A DNA stretch of 59,976 bases, the filler included, from Basidioascus undulatus (Eukaryota), in NCBI GenBank assembly GCA_000826855.1. It is 3 parts of 3 records of this genome, joined end to end, with 100 filler letters (N's around TTAATTAATTAA, not from the genome) between each part and the next. Parts side by side here need not be neighbours in the genome. Positions count along the whole stretch, not along the records: positions 40,055 to 59,976 come from JTLS01000392.1; 2 more parts are not named here. One strand, written 5' to 3'. Position numbers and translations under genes: made by a program. Shown here piece by piece: positions 46,647-59,225 of the stretch. The number at the start of each line of letters is the position of its first letter. Position 1 is the stretch's first letter. The notes under the pieces were generated by a model. That model searched no databases and had not been told where the DNA came from. It saw only the letters and a program-made list of their open reading frames with translations.

Positions 46647-48032
46647 ATGGCCTCCCGCCCGACCGTCTCTGTTCACGGCGCCGAGGGTTCGACCTCGTCC
46701 CTGCCGCTCCCGGCCGTCCTGACGGCGCCCATCCGTCTCGACGTTGTCGCCGCGGTGCACAAGTCGATCGCCAAGAACAAGCGTCAGGCGTACGCCGTCG
46801 CGGAGAACGCTGGCCACCAGACCTCGGCCGAGTCGTGGGGTACCGGTCGTGCCGTCGCTCGTATCCCCCGTGTTGGCGGTGGTGGTACGCACCGTTCCGG
46901 CCAGGTGCGTTCTTGCCTTCTTTGCCTGCTTGTGGGTGGAGCGGCATTGCTGATGCGGATGACTGTTGGGATAGGCCGCGTTCGGTAACATGTGCCGTGG
47001 TGGTCGCATGTTCGCGCCGACCAAGACCTGGCGCAAGTGGCACGTCAAGGTGAACCAGAACCAGCGCCGGTTTGCCGTCGTCTCTGCACTTGCCGCCTCC
47101 GCCCTCCCCTCGCTTGTCCTCGCTCGCGGCCACCGCGTCGAGCAGGTCTCCGAGGTCCCCCTCGTCGTCCCCTCCTCGGTCGAGTCCCTGACCAAGACCA
47201 AGGCGGCCGTCGAGCTCCTCAAGTCGGTCCAGGCCTACACGGACGTCGTCAAGGTCTCCAACAGCCGCAAGCTCCGCGCCGGCAAGGGCAAGCTGCGCAA
47301 CCGCCGTCACCGTCAGCGCCGCGGCCCGCTCGTCGTCTACGACGAGGACAAGGGTATCGTCAAGGCGTTCCGCAACATCCCCGGTGTCGAGGTCGTCAAT
47401 GTCCGCCGCCTCAACCTCCTCCAGCTCGCCCCCGGTGGTCACCTCGGCCGCTTCGTCATCTGGACCGAGGGCGCGTTCAAGCTCCTTGACGACGTTTACG
47501 GCACCTTCGACAAGCCCTCTGCGCTCAAGAAGGGCTACACGTGCGTTCCTCCGTTCTCACTCTAATTCTCCCCACCTTCGCTCACCCTGACCTGCACCAT
47601 CAGCCTCCCCACGGCCAAGATCGCCAACCCTGATGTCACCCGCATCATCAACTCGGACGAGATCCAGTCCGTCATCCGCCCGGCTGGCCCGAAGATCGCC
47701 AAGCGCCCCTTCACCCAGAAGAAGAACCCGCTGCGCAACAAGGTTCGTTTGCTTGTCTCCCTTCCGACAGCATCTCGATGAAGCTCACCTGTTCCACGTT
47801 CGTTCGCAGGCTGTCCTCTTCCGCCTGAACCCGTACGCCAAGACTCTGCGCCGCCAGGAGATCATTCGCTCGCAGAAGGTACGAAGCGTGCATTTCACCT
47901 TTGTCCCTCACTTCGTCGCAGGCCTGACGTCTTCTCCCCGTCGTCCTCGAACAGAAGCCGGCTGCCACCAAGAAGTCTGCTCCCAAGGAGAAGGCGTCCG
48001 CCAAGTTCCTCGAGACCCTCCTCTCGGCCTAA
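46647..48032 (+). CDS. RPL4: 60S ribosomal protein L4 (uL4)
   Basis: MASRPTVSV...[63 protein letters not shown] and RLNPYAK. Confidence 0.98.
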
Positions 48033-48870
48033 GCGTCTTGCGCTGGTGGGCTTGACCGATCTTGACTATGGTGCTGCTTTCTCCTTATCTTCTGTATGCA
48101 TTACGTTGCACCCTACGCTGCCGTCACATGTTATGCGCGTCTGTATGCAAGCCTCTGTTTGCTACCCTGCTCGTTCGTCGGTTCGGAAAGTTCCAGGCCA
48201 TGAAGTTAGGAGGCGCCGCGGAGATCATGGTGTACAGGTTGCACGGCTTTGAACTGGGTAGTCCTGTGCTGTACTTCGGTATTTGCAGGTTGGCGCTTGG
48301 AACCTTGGAATGGGAAGGTGCTCCGGCCTGACGAGCAGGTAGGTATGATCATCAGGTCGACGAGGACCTTTCAACAGGAGGCCCAGGCTTGGTGGGTAAA
48401 AGGGACCTTTGGGAAGGCGAGGTCGTTCCGTGAGTACCCATGGTCAATCGCAATGCCCATCTTTAAAAGGCACCATTGACTGCTTTGCCGAGGCGTGATT
48501 GCATTACCAACATCTGCAGTAGATATGTGTTTTGAATCATGCACTCAGTCTCCCTCATAGGCTGCATGCACGCAGCACCACTGTGACTGCCAGGCCACAG
48601 GACAGCGGGTTATCTGTCCTTTCGTTGGGGGTACACATCAAGCTCCAGACCCAGTTTAGAGAGTTAGGCAGCTGAAAGAAAAGGGTTTCTGGGGATCAAC
48701 GGGCGAGTCGGTCTGCATACAGTCGGACAACGTGACAATGCATTTGGCTGCGATGCTCGCAAGCCATTTGGGCCTTGCGAAGTTGTCAGTGTCCAAACGA
48801 CAAGAGCTCAGAGTGCAGATTGTAAATCTAATGTGTGCATGGATGGCAATCAAAAGGTCACGAAGGAGTG

Positions 48871-49928
48871 TCAAAAGTCCATTCGCTCGTTCTGGAGCGG
48901 CTTCACATCCTCCAACACCGTTATCGGATCCGAATGGAGACGTCCTGCTAGGGGAAACAAACAACCAATTAGCGACTCTGCATGCAGCTTTCCAAAGAGC
49001 ACCGAAAAGGTCGACTTACCTCGTGTCCGCCCGTCTTTCTCCTGCAGATGCTGTTTGTCCCGCTGCGTTGCGTCCAACCCTTCGGCAAATCCCACATCGA
49101 GCTCCGCGCCGCCCGGTAGCCTCGGCAGCGGGACCCCCTGGCTTTCCGTCTTCCCCCGCGAGACCCAAGGATCATCCGGTACTGGGCTGCCCTGAGGAGT
49201 GTCCGCCTGCTTGTCCTCAACCTCTTCCATCTCCACCTCCTCCAGCTTGCCCATCGTCGCCACGGTGTGTCGCTACCCCTGCGGACCCCCCAAATGCCCC
49301 CTTGGCTGGGCACGCCATCGTGCTTCCTGAGGACGGAGAGCTGGCCGTCGAACGCGGTGGGCGTGGACGAGAACGTGCCAGTCAGAGAGACGAGGGTGGA
49401 TGTAGAGAGTGGGCGGGCAGGTGTAGACTTCTCCTTCGCCTCGAGCGCCTCAAGCTGCGCGTCGAGCCGGGATTGGCCCTTCTTCCGCTTGGGAAAGATC
49501 GGCTGCGGAGGCTCGCCAAGCCGTGCCAGGCGCCGACGTCGGCGAATGTGGAAGTACTGATGGCTCCCGAAGCAATGAGTTACACGAAAATGTTTGTGGC
49601 AGCGCAGCATCTCAAGCGGGCACTTACCAGGAAGCCGATGATAAGCGCCAGCCCAACAGACCCCCCACCGAATGACACCAACGACAGCGAATGAAGACAT
49701 GAGCTGTCTGATGCACTATTTGAGCTCCGAAAGGAACAACCACTTACTCATGCCAGCGGGGATCTTTTGGGGGAGGGGGGGGTACCAACGGAGCCAAGTG
49801 GTGTTCCGGTACTTGGCTGAAAGTATGAGGTAGTCGGACTGCTCGGTGCAGGTGCAGCCCCGACGGTCATCGACAGCGTTAAAGCTTCCCTGCCATGGCC
49901 AAAGCCTGAGCCTCAGGCGAGTGAGCAT
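48871..49928 (-). pseudogene. Frameshifted gene for a probable single-pass (type I) membrane protein
   Basis: TATAAAT (minus strand, 50007-50001), ATG at 49928, an S/T/P-rich segment, a hydrophobic stretch FAVVGVI(fs)GGGSVGLALIIGFL|YFHI, then RRRRR and an acidic tail. At least two frameshifts. The 3' end is uncertain. Confidence 0.5.
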
Positions 49929-51567
49929 GTCGAGGAAGTCGATGTGATGAGGGTTGGGTGAGAGGGATGGCTTCGTTGCTGCGCGACCTCCTCATCAGTC
50001 ATTTATATCGGCATTGCTGGAGCCATGACCTCTTTTTACAGAATTCTCGTGCAATGGCCCGCAGGTTGGGTTGCCTTTGTTCTTTTGCAGCCGTCTAGAA
50101 ACAATCCAAAAGCGATCGGGGATATGCCAAACTCAGTCAGCGAGCGTGTAGAAATTGAGGCCGGGAGGCCGGGAGCAGTAGTCGTGGGCGTGTGCTCGGC
50201 GCCGATGAGGGAGACGGAGCAAAAGGGTCCCCCGGGGGATCTGGCGTTAAGGCGCCATATGCAGGTCTCCTGCGTCCTATTGCAACCAAGTAAGGGATGA
50301 TTCGGTCTTGGCCTTGCGAATCCGCCCTTGCAGCGGAAGAAACAACTGAGCGTCTTCCTTGTGCACGGCGCCCTTTGCGGCAAGTCAGAGCATGCGAGGA
50401 TGTTTAGAAACTTTACATACAACTTAGTATGTCTATGCCTAGCTTAGGAACAAGAAACTTGGCCTAACCCTCAAAGTCATTGCTGACTGGGTCAAGTAAA
50501 GCATGAGTGCCATCCATGGCCATGGTTCGCGAGATGGGTCGCTGGGATCATGTCTAGTAGTTCGACAGGCCAGCCCAAGCCTTTCCCAGGCTCAACTGGA
50601 CAACAGCTGACAGTGCATTTTTATCAGGTGGGTTGAGGCTGCTCTTTACACACCCTCTGAGGAAGATGAAGTCGTTCAAACAGCATCGTCAGTTGTGAGG
50701 AGGTCGACGCTCCTCGATGAGGGGAAAATGCACTCGAACGGCGGCTCGGGCTGATAGGAAACGCATGCTGAACCCTAGTTCCAAGTTTAGCAATGAGGGC
50801 TTGTCTGCGAGTGACCCTACCACGGAGCGACGGCTTTCTCCTGATTTCGTTCAACGCAGGATACTCGCAGCTTGACACACCGATAACAAGAGTATGCTGA
50901 GCAGATGTGATGTTCTGACCTGCTCATTTGTCGTCCTGATTTATGGAGCGCTTCGCTCCTCCTTTCCAAGGATTACCAAACCATGTCTCTCGTGCGGAAA
51001 GAAGAAATCCTGCTGGGGTAGGAGGCAGACCGTTGACTTGAATTTGGGGCTGTTAACTTCGACACGGAAATCACGTCCGTCTACGAGTCTGTACCTCACC
51101 TTCGGCTGATCCCTCATTATTCTTCATCTTCACTGGAAATGCACTTCTTACTGACACAGTCGCAAAAAGCTTGGGATTGCAACTCGTTCTTCACGTGCTT
51201 CTCATCGTTCGGTCGCTGAATGGGACATTGACGAGTCAATAGGTACATGGGAAAGTCTCTTTTCGCACTCTCTTTTTCAAGATGAATCTGGAACTTGAAT
51301 ATGCATTGGCTTTCTGTGTGCCAATCGAATTCCAGGCAATGGTTCATCGCTGGCAGTCTGGCACGGCCGCCGTGCCGAGAGGGTTCAAGATGTTGCCGTG
51401 CCGTACCTGGCCGTCATCCCCGAGCCCGTCCCGACCTGCCCGGCCATCTGGTTGCCTCCCAACAGCATCCGCGTTATTATTATGCTCTCCCTCTTCCCAT
51501 CGCCATCCTCCGGCCCACATTCTCCTGAAGTAGCAAGACCGTCGCTCCACCATCCCACGGTCACAGG

Positions 51568-54124
51568 ATGTTCACACCCCTCCGCGGTTTCTTCGCCGGC
51601 CTCCTGCTCGCCGTCGCGGTTGTGCTGTACAGGGTGTTCGTCCTTCCGTGGCGGAGAGCGACATGGGACTTGCCCCGCGCGAAGCGGACGAACTGGTTCT
51701 GGGGGAACTTGAAGGAGATCTTTGAGTACGTCCAGCTTATCTGCTCTAGATTATATTGGCGATTGCTGATGCTGAGGTGTGTCGGGTCGAAGTGCTGAGC
51801 CGAGCGAGCAGCACCTGAAATGGGTGTCCGAGCTCGGGGGCACGTTCGTCTACGAAGTGCGTCGTTCCATTCGTTTCCAATCTCCTCCCACTCCACCTCA
51901 CCCTACTCGCGCACCACTAGGTCTTCCTCGGCGGGCAGCGTCTTTGCACCACCGACCCGAAGGCGCTCACTCACATCCTCATGTCCGAATCCTATTCCTA
52001 TCCGAAGCCCGATTTCGTCCGCCGGTCAGTACTCAACCAAACATCTCAAGATGCGCGGTCCGAATCTAACACCGTTGAACAGCTCGCTCGCCAACCTCCT
52101 CGGGAAGGGCGTCCTTTTCGCCGAGGGGCAGGACCACAAGAGGCAGAGGAAGATCATGACTCCTGCTTTTGCTCCCGCGCACATCAGGGCGCTTACGCCC
52201 GTGTTTTTGGAGAAGAGTCGGAATGTGCGTGTTTCCTTCCCGCTGACGGCGTCGACTAGCGAAGTGCTGATGTGGTAGGGCCGCGTTGCAGCTGGCCGAT
52301 GTCTGGCGGGCGCTCCTGCGCGAGACGGAGGGAGGAGAGAAGGAGATGAACATCATGCCTTTCCTATCTGACCTGACGCTCGACATCATCGGACTGGCCG
52401 GTAGGTCTTCCGGGTTATCGTCATACCATCCCTCCTCCCTTGCAGCCGTACTGATTAGATGTGGGACAGGATTCGACTACGACTTCACGGCTCTCCCCGA
52501 CCCTGCGCACCCGCACGCAACGCGCACAAACGTCCTCTCTCGCGCGTTCGCAGACATGTTCGCGGCGTCCGCGAACGTTCGTCTTTACTCTGCCCCCGCC
52601 CGTCTTCTTCACCCTGGCTCTCCCTCTCCTTGGATCGATGATTCTCACGCAGCAGCAACACAGCCAAACATCTTCCAGCTTATCTCCTTCGCCTTCCCAT
52701 CGCTCCGAGCCTTCCCCACGCGCGCACGGCGCGTCCAGCGCGAGAGCATGGGCGTGATGGAGAGCGTCGGCCTGGAGCTGATCGAGAAGAAGAAGGCTGA
52801 TGCAAGCGAGGCGCAGGAGGCTGGAGAGAAGGTCAGAGCGGGGAGGAGCAAGGACTTAATTAGCCTTTTGAGTGCGTCTTCCGGTTCGGGGGAAGGATGA
52901 TAACCAAGGATGACGCTGACGCATGGGGAGGGTCATGCACAGTCCGCGCGAACATGGATCCTGAGATCAAGGAGAGCGAACGGATGTCGGATGACGAGGT
53001 CCTAGGGCAGATAACGACGTTCATGGTCCGCCTTTCCGTTCTCCTCTCCACTCTTCCACCGCGTGCTCACACTCTCGCGGTCCGTGTAGCTCGCCGGGCA
53101 CGAGACAACCTCGACCGCCGCTACTTGGACGCTGTACGCGCTCGTGTGCAAACCGCATGTGCAGGACAAGCTGCGCGCCGAGCTGCGCGCGGCGGAGGTG
53201 GACGCGGAGGGGAATGTGGGGATGGACGAGCTGAATGGGCTGCCTTATTTGGACAAAGTGCGTCGTAACTTTCCCTGCTGCTGACAGTAATGATCGATGT
53301 GAGGCTGACGCGAATATGTTCTCACACACAGGTCTGCAAAGAGTCCCTGCGCCTCTACTCCCCCGTCCCAAACACGATCCGACATTCCTCCCGCGCCGAC
53401 GTCCGTCCCTCTACCTTCACTTTCTTCCCTCCTTTTCCCTTCCCTTCTCAACCCTCCGTCTTCTCTTCAGTCCATCCCTCTCTCCAAGCCCATCCCCTCG
53501 CGCACCAACCGCGCGCCGCTGCAGTCCATCCCAGTCGACGCGAACCAGGCGATCTTCATCCCCATCGCTCTGCTCACGCGCTCGCGCGAGATCTGGGGCG
53601 ACGACGCGGACGAGTTCAGGCCGGAGCGGTGGGACGACGAGGAAGTGAAGGAGCGGGAGGGGCGCGGGGCGGGACCTTCCGCCGGGGTCGGAATCTGGGC
53701 GGGACTGCTCGTGTTCCTCGCTGGGTTCGTCTACCTTCTTCGTTGCCGTATTCTTATCTTCCCTATTCACATCTTCTCTGACCTACATCGACTGACAAAC
53801 GTCTCTATGAGCAGGCCGCGCTCGTGCATAGGCTACCGCTTCGCTCTAGTCGAGCTGAAGGCAATCCTGTTCACCCTTATCCGGTCCTTCGAGTTCGTGC
53901 TGCCGGAGGACCCGCCGAAGGTGCGGAAGAAGGGCGGCATTGTAATGCGCCCGCAAGTTTGGGGGAGGGAGAAGGAGGGATTCAGGCGCGTCTTCCGCGT
54001 TCTTGGAGTCTGGCGTATCGCAAACATATGCTGATTGGCGTCTATGCCTTCTTGCTCTCCGTTTCTGCCCCGCCACAGGATGGATATGAGGGTTAGGGAG
54101 GTGGATGGTGACCCGGTGACATGA
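51568..54124 (+). CDS. Cytochrome P450, multi-exon
   Basis: N-terminal anchor, [34 protein letters not shown] (I-helix), KESLR (ExxR), FRPERW and [14 protein letters not shown] (heme Cys). Confidence 0.96.
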
Positions 54125-55121
54125 TAGAGGGATGCGAGGCGCGCATTTGATCTGATGTGACCGTCGAGGAAGCCGGGTTCCCGCTAGCGAGCACTATATT
54201 GCCACTTGGGCATTTAAACTGAAGCGGTCGAGTGTATGGAGTTCGTATGAGAAACGAAGGAACCGAGAAGGGAAGATGACGCCCGTTCAGCCGCAACGAA
54301 AGCAAGAGCACGCATGGCCGCAGCCCAGCGCTCTGACAATCCAAGCTCCTTCGACTGACGGAAAGTTATGGAGGTGGGACTCTCTAGCAAATCTAACCGT
54401 CGAATGCATTCGCGCAGGTGTGTCTTCACCAACGCAATGCTGTGGGGCGAACCCAATCCCGAGGCCAAGGAGTCAAGTCGACTCGCTTGCCCCACTGAGA
54501 CCTTCGGGTGCCCATCAGACACCGGTGTCGGAAACAACCACAGACTCGGGCATGCCCCCAGTGCAGATTGCTTCTCCGAATCTCGGACAGGAGAGACGAA
54601 GTCCGGGATAACGGAGGGCATCGCCGCTCGTCCATCCGCACGGACAAAGTCAAGTGCGTAGAGGCTCGCATTTGTGTCTGCTCGCTCATGACTTGGTCCT
54701 TTTACTCTGCCATTTTGGCCACTTAAAAACTTGTAAGTTGATCTTTTAGGAACAGTATAATCGTAGATCGCCCCGCCGACTTGACGGCACTATGCTATGC
54801 TTTCCCACTCGCAGTTCCATCGCCCCAAAAGTCCCATCCGGCGGGCCGCTCCCTTCGCGTCGTTGATGCCAGATAGTCCTTCTATTCAATCAGTCTCAGA
54901 TAGTTTCTACACAATAAGCACTGCATGTTGCCCTCTCGAACCATCTTGAGCACCGCCCAGCGCTGGCAGCCGGCCGACAGAGCAGAGTAATCGCGCCCGC
55001 TACGTCAGAAAGCGTTCAGGAGTTTTAGCAGGCGTGACAGCGAGTCAAAGACGTGCGGCATTCCATGCAATATCAGTACAACATGCGGTCCTCCCATCCT
55101 TCCATCCTCCGCAGCGCAGCG

Positions 55122-56359
55122 CTACCGGACCTCCAGCACCCTCTTCTGCAGGTCCTCCTTGAGCGCCTTCTCTATCCGCTCGTTCACCTCCCGCACGCGC
55201 TCGACCGCCCACCCAACGCAGCACATCACCTCGTCCCCCTCGAGCGGCGACCCGCCCGTCTTGCTCACGACGAGCAGCTCGCGCTGCGGCGTGAGCGCGA
55301 GGTTCAGGAAGGACGTCGCGAGCTGGGTCTCGAGGTGGGTGGGGTCGAGGATGGGTTGAGGTCTGCGGAATGGGAAGAGGGATAGTGTGAGTGGACGTGG
55401 GGAAGAGTGCGGGGATTGGCCGGCGCACATGGACTCGAAGAAAGCAAAGGTGATGCAGATGGGGGTGTAATGGATCGCGAGCGGGACGGGGACGCGCTCG
55501 TCCTCGGTGTGCTGCACAAATCAGAGTGGAAACTCAGATAAGCTTGAGGTGTAGAAGTTTGAAAGAGAAATTTGGACGCACTACGGTGACTTCTGAGCCG
55601 ACGACGGTCACGTCTGGTCGGCGGAAGTGCTTGAGGGAGAGGATGGAGGCGAGCACGGCGGCGTCGAGGAGGTTGCCGTCGTCGGTGAGGAAGTGGAGCG
55701 TCAGAGTAAGGGCCCAGACCTGTGAAAGCAAAGGACAGTACAGTCAGTACGGCGGATGGAAGATGTGTGAGCCTGACCAAGCGAGCGCTCGCTATACGAC
55801 GAATCGCATGGCGTCTCAGCGTGCAGCAATATCTCCCGGTCCGGTTAATCGATCTCTCTCTTATCTACCCAATTCGGGGAAGGCACAAGCGCACTCACTT
55901 TCTCGCCAGCAACGATGCACAGCGCCTCCCGGTCCACCGCCCCGCTCCTCCTGATCGCCTTATCCACCATCCGCGTCAAGAGGACCTCCTCGTCCGACGC
56001 GCGTCCGATCTGGTCATGGAACGGGCTCGCCATGGGCGAGAGTTCAGTGTGCACCGCTAGCGTCCCCTCATATGGTCGCTCGGGTGAGGGTGCAGCGAGG
56101 GAGATCGAGGTGTGTGCCAGGACGCTGTTCGACGATCACAGGAATGGTAAGCTCATTCAAGAGTAAGCGGCTTCCTGTAAATAATATGGACGCACGTAGT
56201 CTTCCCCAGCCGAATAGTGACGTTCCCCAGCTCCCGCCCAAACGAAATAGCCAGCTCGCGCAGCTCGAGCGGTGAGCGGCCATCGACGCGCAGCCCTTGG
56301 GCAAGCGCGGACGTTACGAACGCTTTTGAGGAGAGATTCACGTCGGCTTCGCGAGGCAT
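55122..56359 (-). CDS. RRP45: Exosome complex component RRP45 (RNase PH-like)
   Basis: MPREADVNLSSKAFV..ALAQGLRVDGR, ELSPMASP, AVDREALCIVAGEKVW, DDGNLLDAA..SLKHFRRPDVTV and PLAIHYTPICITFAFF. Confidence 0.95.
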
Positions 56360-56848
56360 GATGAAGCGTCAATCGGTGGGAATGCGGTGATAAAGGTGTG
56401 AAGGTGATGGTCAACTGCACCGCGAAGCGCGAAGGGGGCGAAATTGTCAGGTTAGGTCTGGGAATTGTTTGGCGCTGCACCACTTTTGACCCAGCATCCG
56501 TCCTGTTCTGTCGGGGATTCATGCGTTCCTTTCAACATTCTTAAAGCTGCGCAGTTTATTCAGAGGGAGCATAATAAGCGGCACACAGCCGAAACTTGGA
56601 ATCATCGGGCTCGATGAATGGAGTGTCCAGGGTCCACTCCGCCTTCCGCTCCGCTGCAGCGTGTCTTTGTCTCTTTCCTCCGTTTATTGAATGTACTGAT
56701 GCACCTTTGTGCGGCTGTGCCACATCGCCCCTTCCCGATGCGCACACAAAGCTCCGTGACTTTACAGATCGAACATGCACATAAAGGCGACCCACTGTCG
56801 GTGGCACGCTCTTTGCTGTACCACTTTCTCCACCTTCAAGACGTCGAC

Positions 56849-58462
56849 ATGGCTCGCGTCACTTTCCTCTCCTTTACTTTCCTTATTTTGGGGCTGGTCC
56901 CGCTCTTCCAACAAGTCTCCGCACATGCTTTTCTCGAGCAGGTCGTCCTCAATGGACAGACCATAGATCGCGCACTGGGTTCAGGACCGATCTGGTTTGT
57001 GCGTCTGCACTCTCGAAAGGCCTCTTCGACTGGCACACACTGACCTAGATGTGATGCACTCCAGTATCCCGAAAACGGACCGGCTGCGACAAGCTCTTCG
57101 CTCGATAGCTCCAGTCTCGCGTGCGGCAAGGATGTCACTGCCGCTACTGAGGCGGTCGAGGTTGCGGCTGGGTCGCAAGTGGGCTTTATCTGGGGTACCG
57201 GGGTGAGTCTTGTCTTTTCGTCAAGCTCAAACTTCGACAAGGTCACTTATGCGGCCTGTTCCCAGATGCACTCCGTCGGACCCATCCGTGAGTTCCCCGG
57301 CCCGGAGACTATCGCTTTCCCCTCCACAGACTGACAGACTATTGCTCGTCTCCACAGTCGTCTACATGGCAGAATGCGAAATTGGATGTGACCCTACCAC
57401 CGTGTCCTTCTTCAAGATCGCCGAGCTGGGCCTGAACGATGCTGGGGTATGGCCGGTCGATGAGTTCGTCAGTGCGTTCACGAGCTGCTTCTCTCCGAGG
57501 ACGTCCGACGCGAATAGAGCTAACCGACAACAGCACCACCCACAGAGGAAGGACAGGCGGTTACTGCAACGATCCCGAGCGATATCAAAGTGTGTTGGCC
57601 CCGAGCCGGAAAGCAGTGCCGCAACGTTTACGTCCTGTTTCCCCCTCAGAGCGGAAATTACGTCCTTCGCGGGGAGGTGATCAACCTCGGCTCTATTCCC
57701 GGGGAGCTGTACCCGTGTACGCACTATTGCTAGCCATGTGCAGATGAAGTGGCCACCTGACATGGTGCATTTCCAGCTTGCGTTTCGGTCTTCGTCACGG
57801 GCGGCGGATCAGCCAGTCCTGCAGACACAGTTAACTTCCCTGGCGCCTGTCAGTCTGTTCACCTCCCCTTCAAAAGTTGAATAGCACGCTGATATTCGAT
57901 ATGAACATAGACACCTCCGGCCCTCCGAGCTTCGTGGACGGCTCTTCCATCAAATCAGCAGCCGACTACACCTTCCCCGGCCCGGCAGTGTACGCGGCTG
58001 CCGGCGGCGGCTCGCCGAACCCTCCCAGCAACGCAACTCTTTCGAGTTTGGCAGCGTCGGCGTCGAGCACGGCGACGAGCAGGGCGAGCGATGTCGAGGT
58101 CGGAACTTCCAGTGCCAGCGCCACCCGCACATCGGCCACCTCGACGACCGCTTCCAGTGGCATTCCTAATATACCGAGCAGCAGCCCAAACTCGACGGGT
58201 GGTTCTGGTTCAACCGGCGGAGATGACGGTGAGTAACTCCGCCATCGTTCTTCGAGCACTTCGGATTTTGACCGCGCCGACCCCCCTCACAGGCCAATAC
58301 CACCCGAACTGTAGGTGCCTTCAACCCCTTATGATGCACATGTGCTGACGAGCGCCGATCTCTTTGCTCATCCCAGCTTCCTACGACGATGGTTCCTACA
58401 ATCCGACCAAGTACGGGAGGAGGATGCAGCGTCATGTCCGGCGCGGGCGCCGCCAACATTGA
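56849..58462 (+). CDS. Lytic polysaccharide monooxygenase, AA9 (GH61)-like, with an S/T-rich tail
   Basis: Signal peptide ends QQVSA|H, giving His1. Further motifs NGP, LACG, VAAGSQVGFIW, HSVGPILVYMAEC, FFKIAELG, GNYVLRGE..ELYP..CVSVFVTGGGS, VNFPGAY and YTFPGPAVY. Confidence 0.88.
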
Positions 58463-59140
58463 GCCTTGCTGGGTTACTTTGCGAGACTTTTGTAAACAGC
58501 GCTAGGCGCTTGAATTATAATATATGATTTGAAGGACACAGTTAGCCCAGTGAGGAGCAAGGCTCGAGCCTTGAAAAGAGAAGTAGTCCGAGAAGCGTGA
58601 CGCTGCTGAGCCGGCATGCCCGCGAGTCTGCGTCTGTCGTATCGTGCCGTCGTCCGTGGTAGTTGTGTATGCGACGTGGGAATTGTCTTTCATAAAGGGG
58701 TAGTAGACTTGGCTTTATCTGACGATAGTACATCCTGCAACACACCTTCCTTCAAGCAACAAGCCGGGTCATCAACAGTCACAATGAGCCCCTGCGCACT
58801 GAACTGCAGCTCAATGCCTGGCACTGGGCGGTGATGCTTGCGGGCATGAGCCTGTATCTCCGGTTTATGTTTGCCCGACATAAAAGATAGCCCATAAAAA
58901 ACTTGGCTCGAACATGCTTATACATCCGTACTGTCGGAAGGCACAGACGGGTGGCGGGTCTTCCTTGCTGCAGCGTGCAACTGGGCATGCCGCATCCGGG
59001 CTGGCCGCGCTCGGTTTCTCGTCAGCCGCTCGATCTAATCCTCAATCAACATCTCACCAAGAGCTGGCGCAGTTCCGCTTGTGGACTGATGCTGCAAATG
59101 CCAAGCCGCAGTTTGCGGATGAGGGTCGCTCGCTGTGAGA

Positions 59141-59146
59141 TATAAG
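59141..59146 (+). promoter_or_regulatory. Candidate TATA box of the secreted-protein gene
   Basis: TATAAG lies 85 bp upstream of ATG 59226 and is followed by a pyrimidine-rich leader. Confidence 0.45.
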
Positions 59147-59225
59147 GCTGAGCTTCTCGCAATCCCATCCACCCACCTTCCACATTCAGCTCTACCGTAT
59201 TAAATCACCCAAAGACGACCGTACA

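Noticed and set aside
51568..58462. Secondary-metabolite gene cluster around the P450
   Set aside because: No backbone synthase. The neighbours are RRP45 and an LPMO, and the MFS transporter and TF lie on other contigs.
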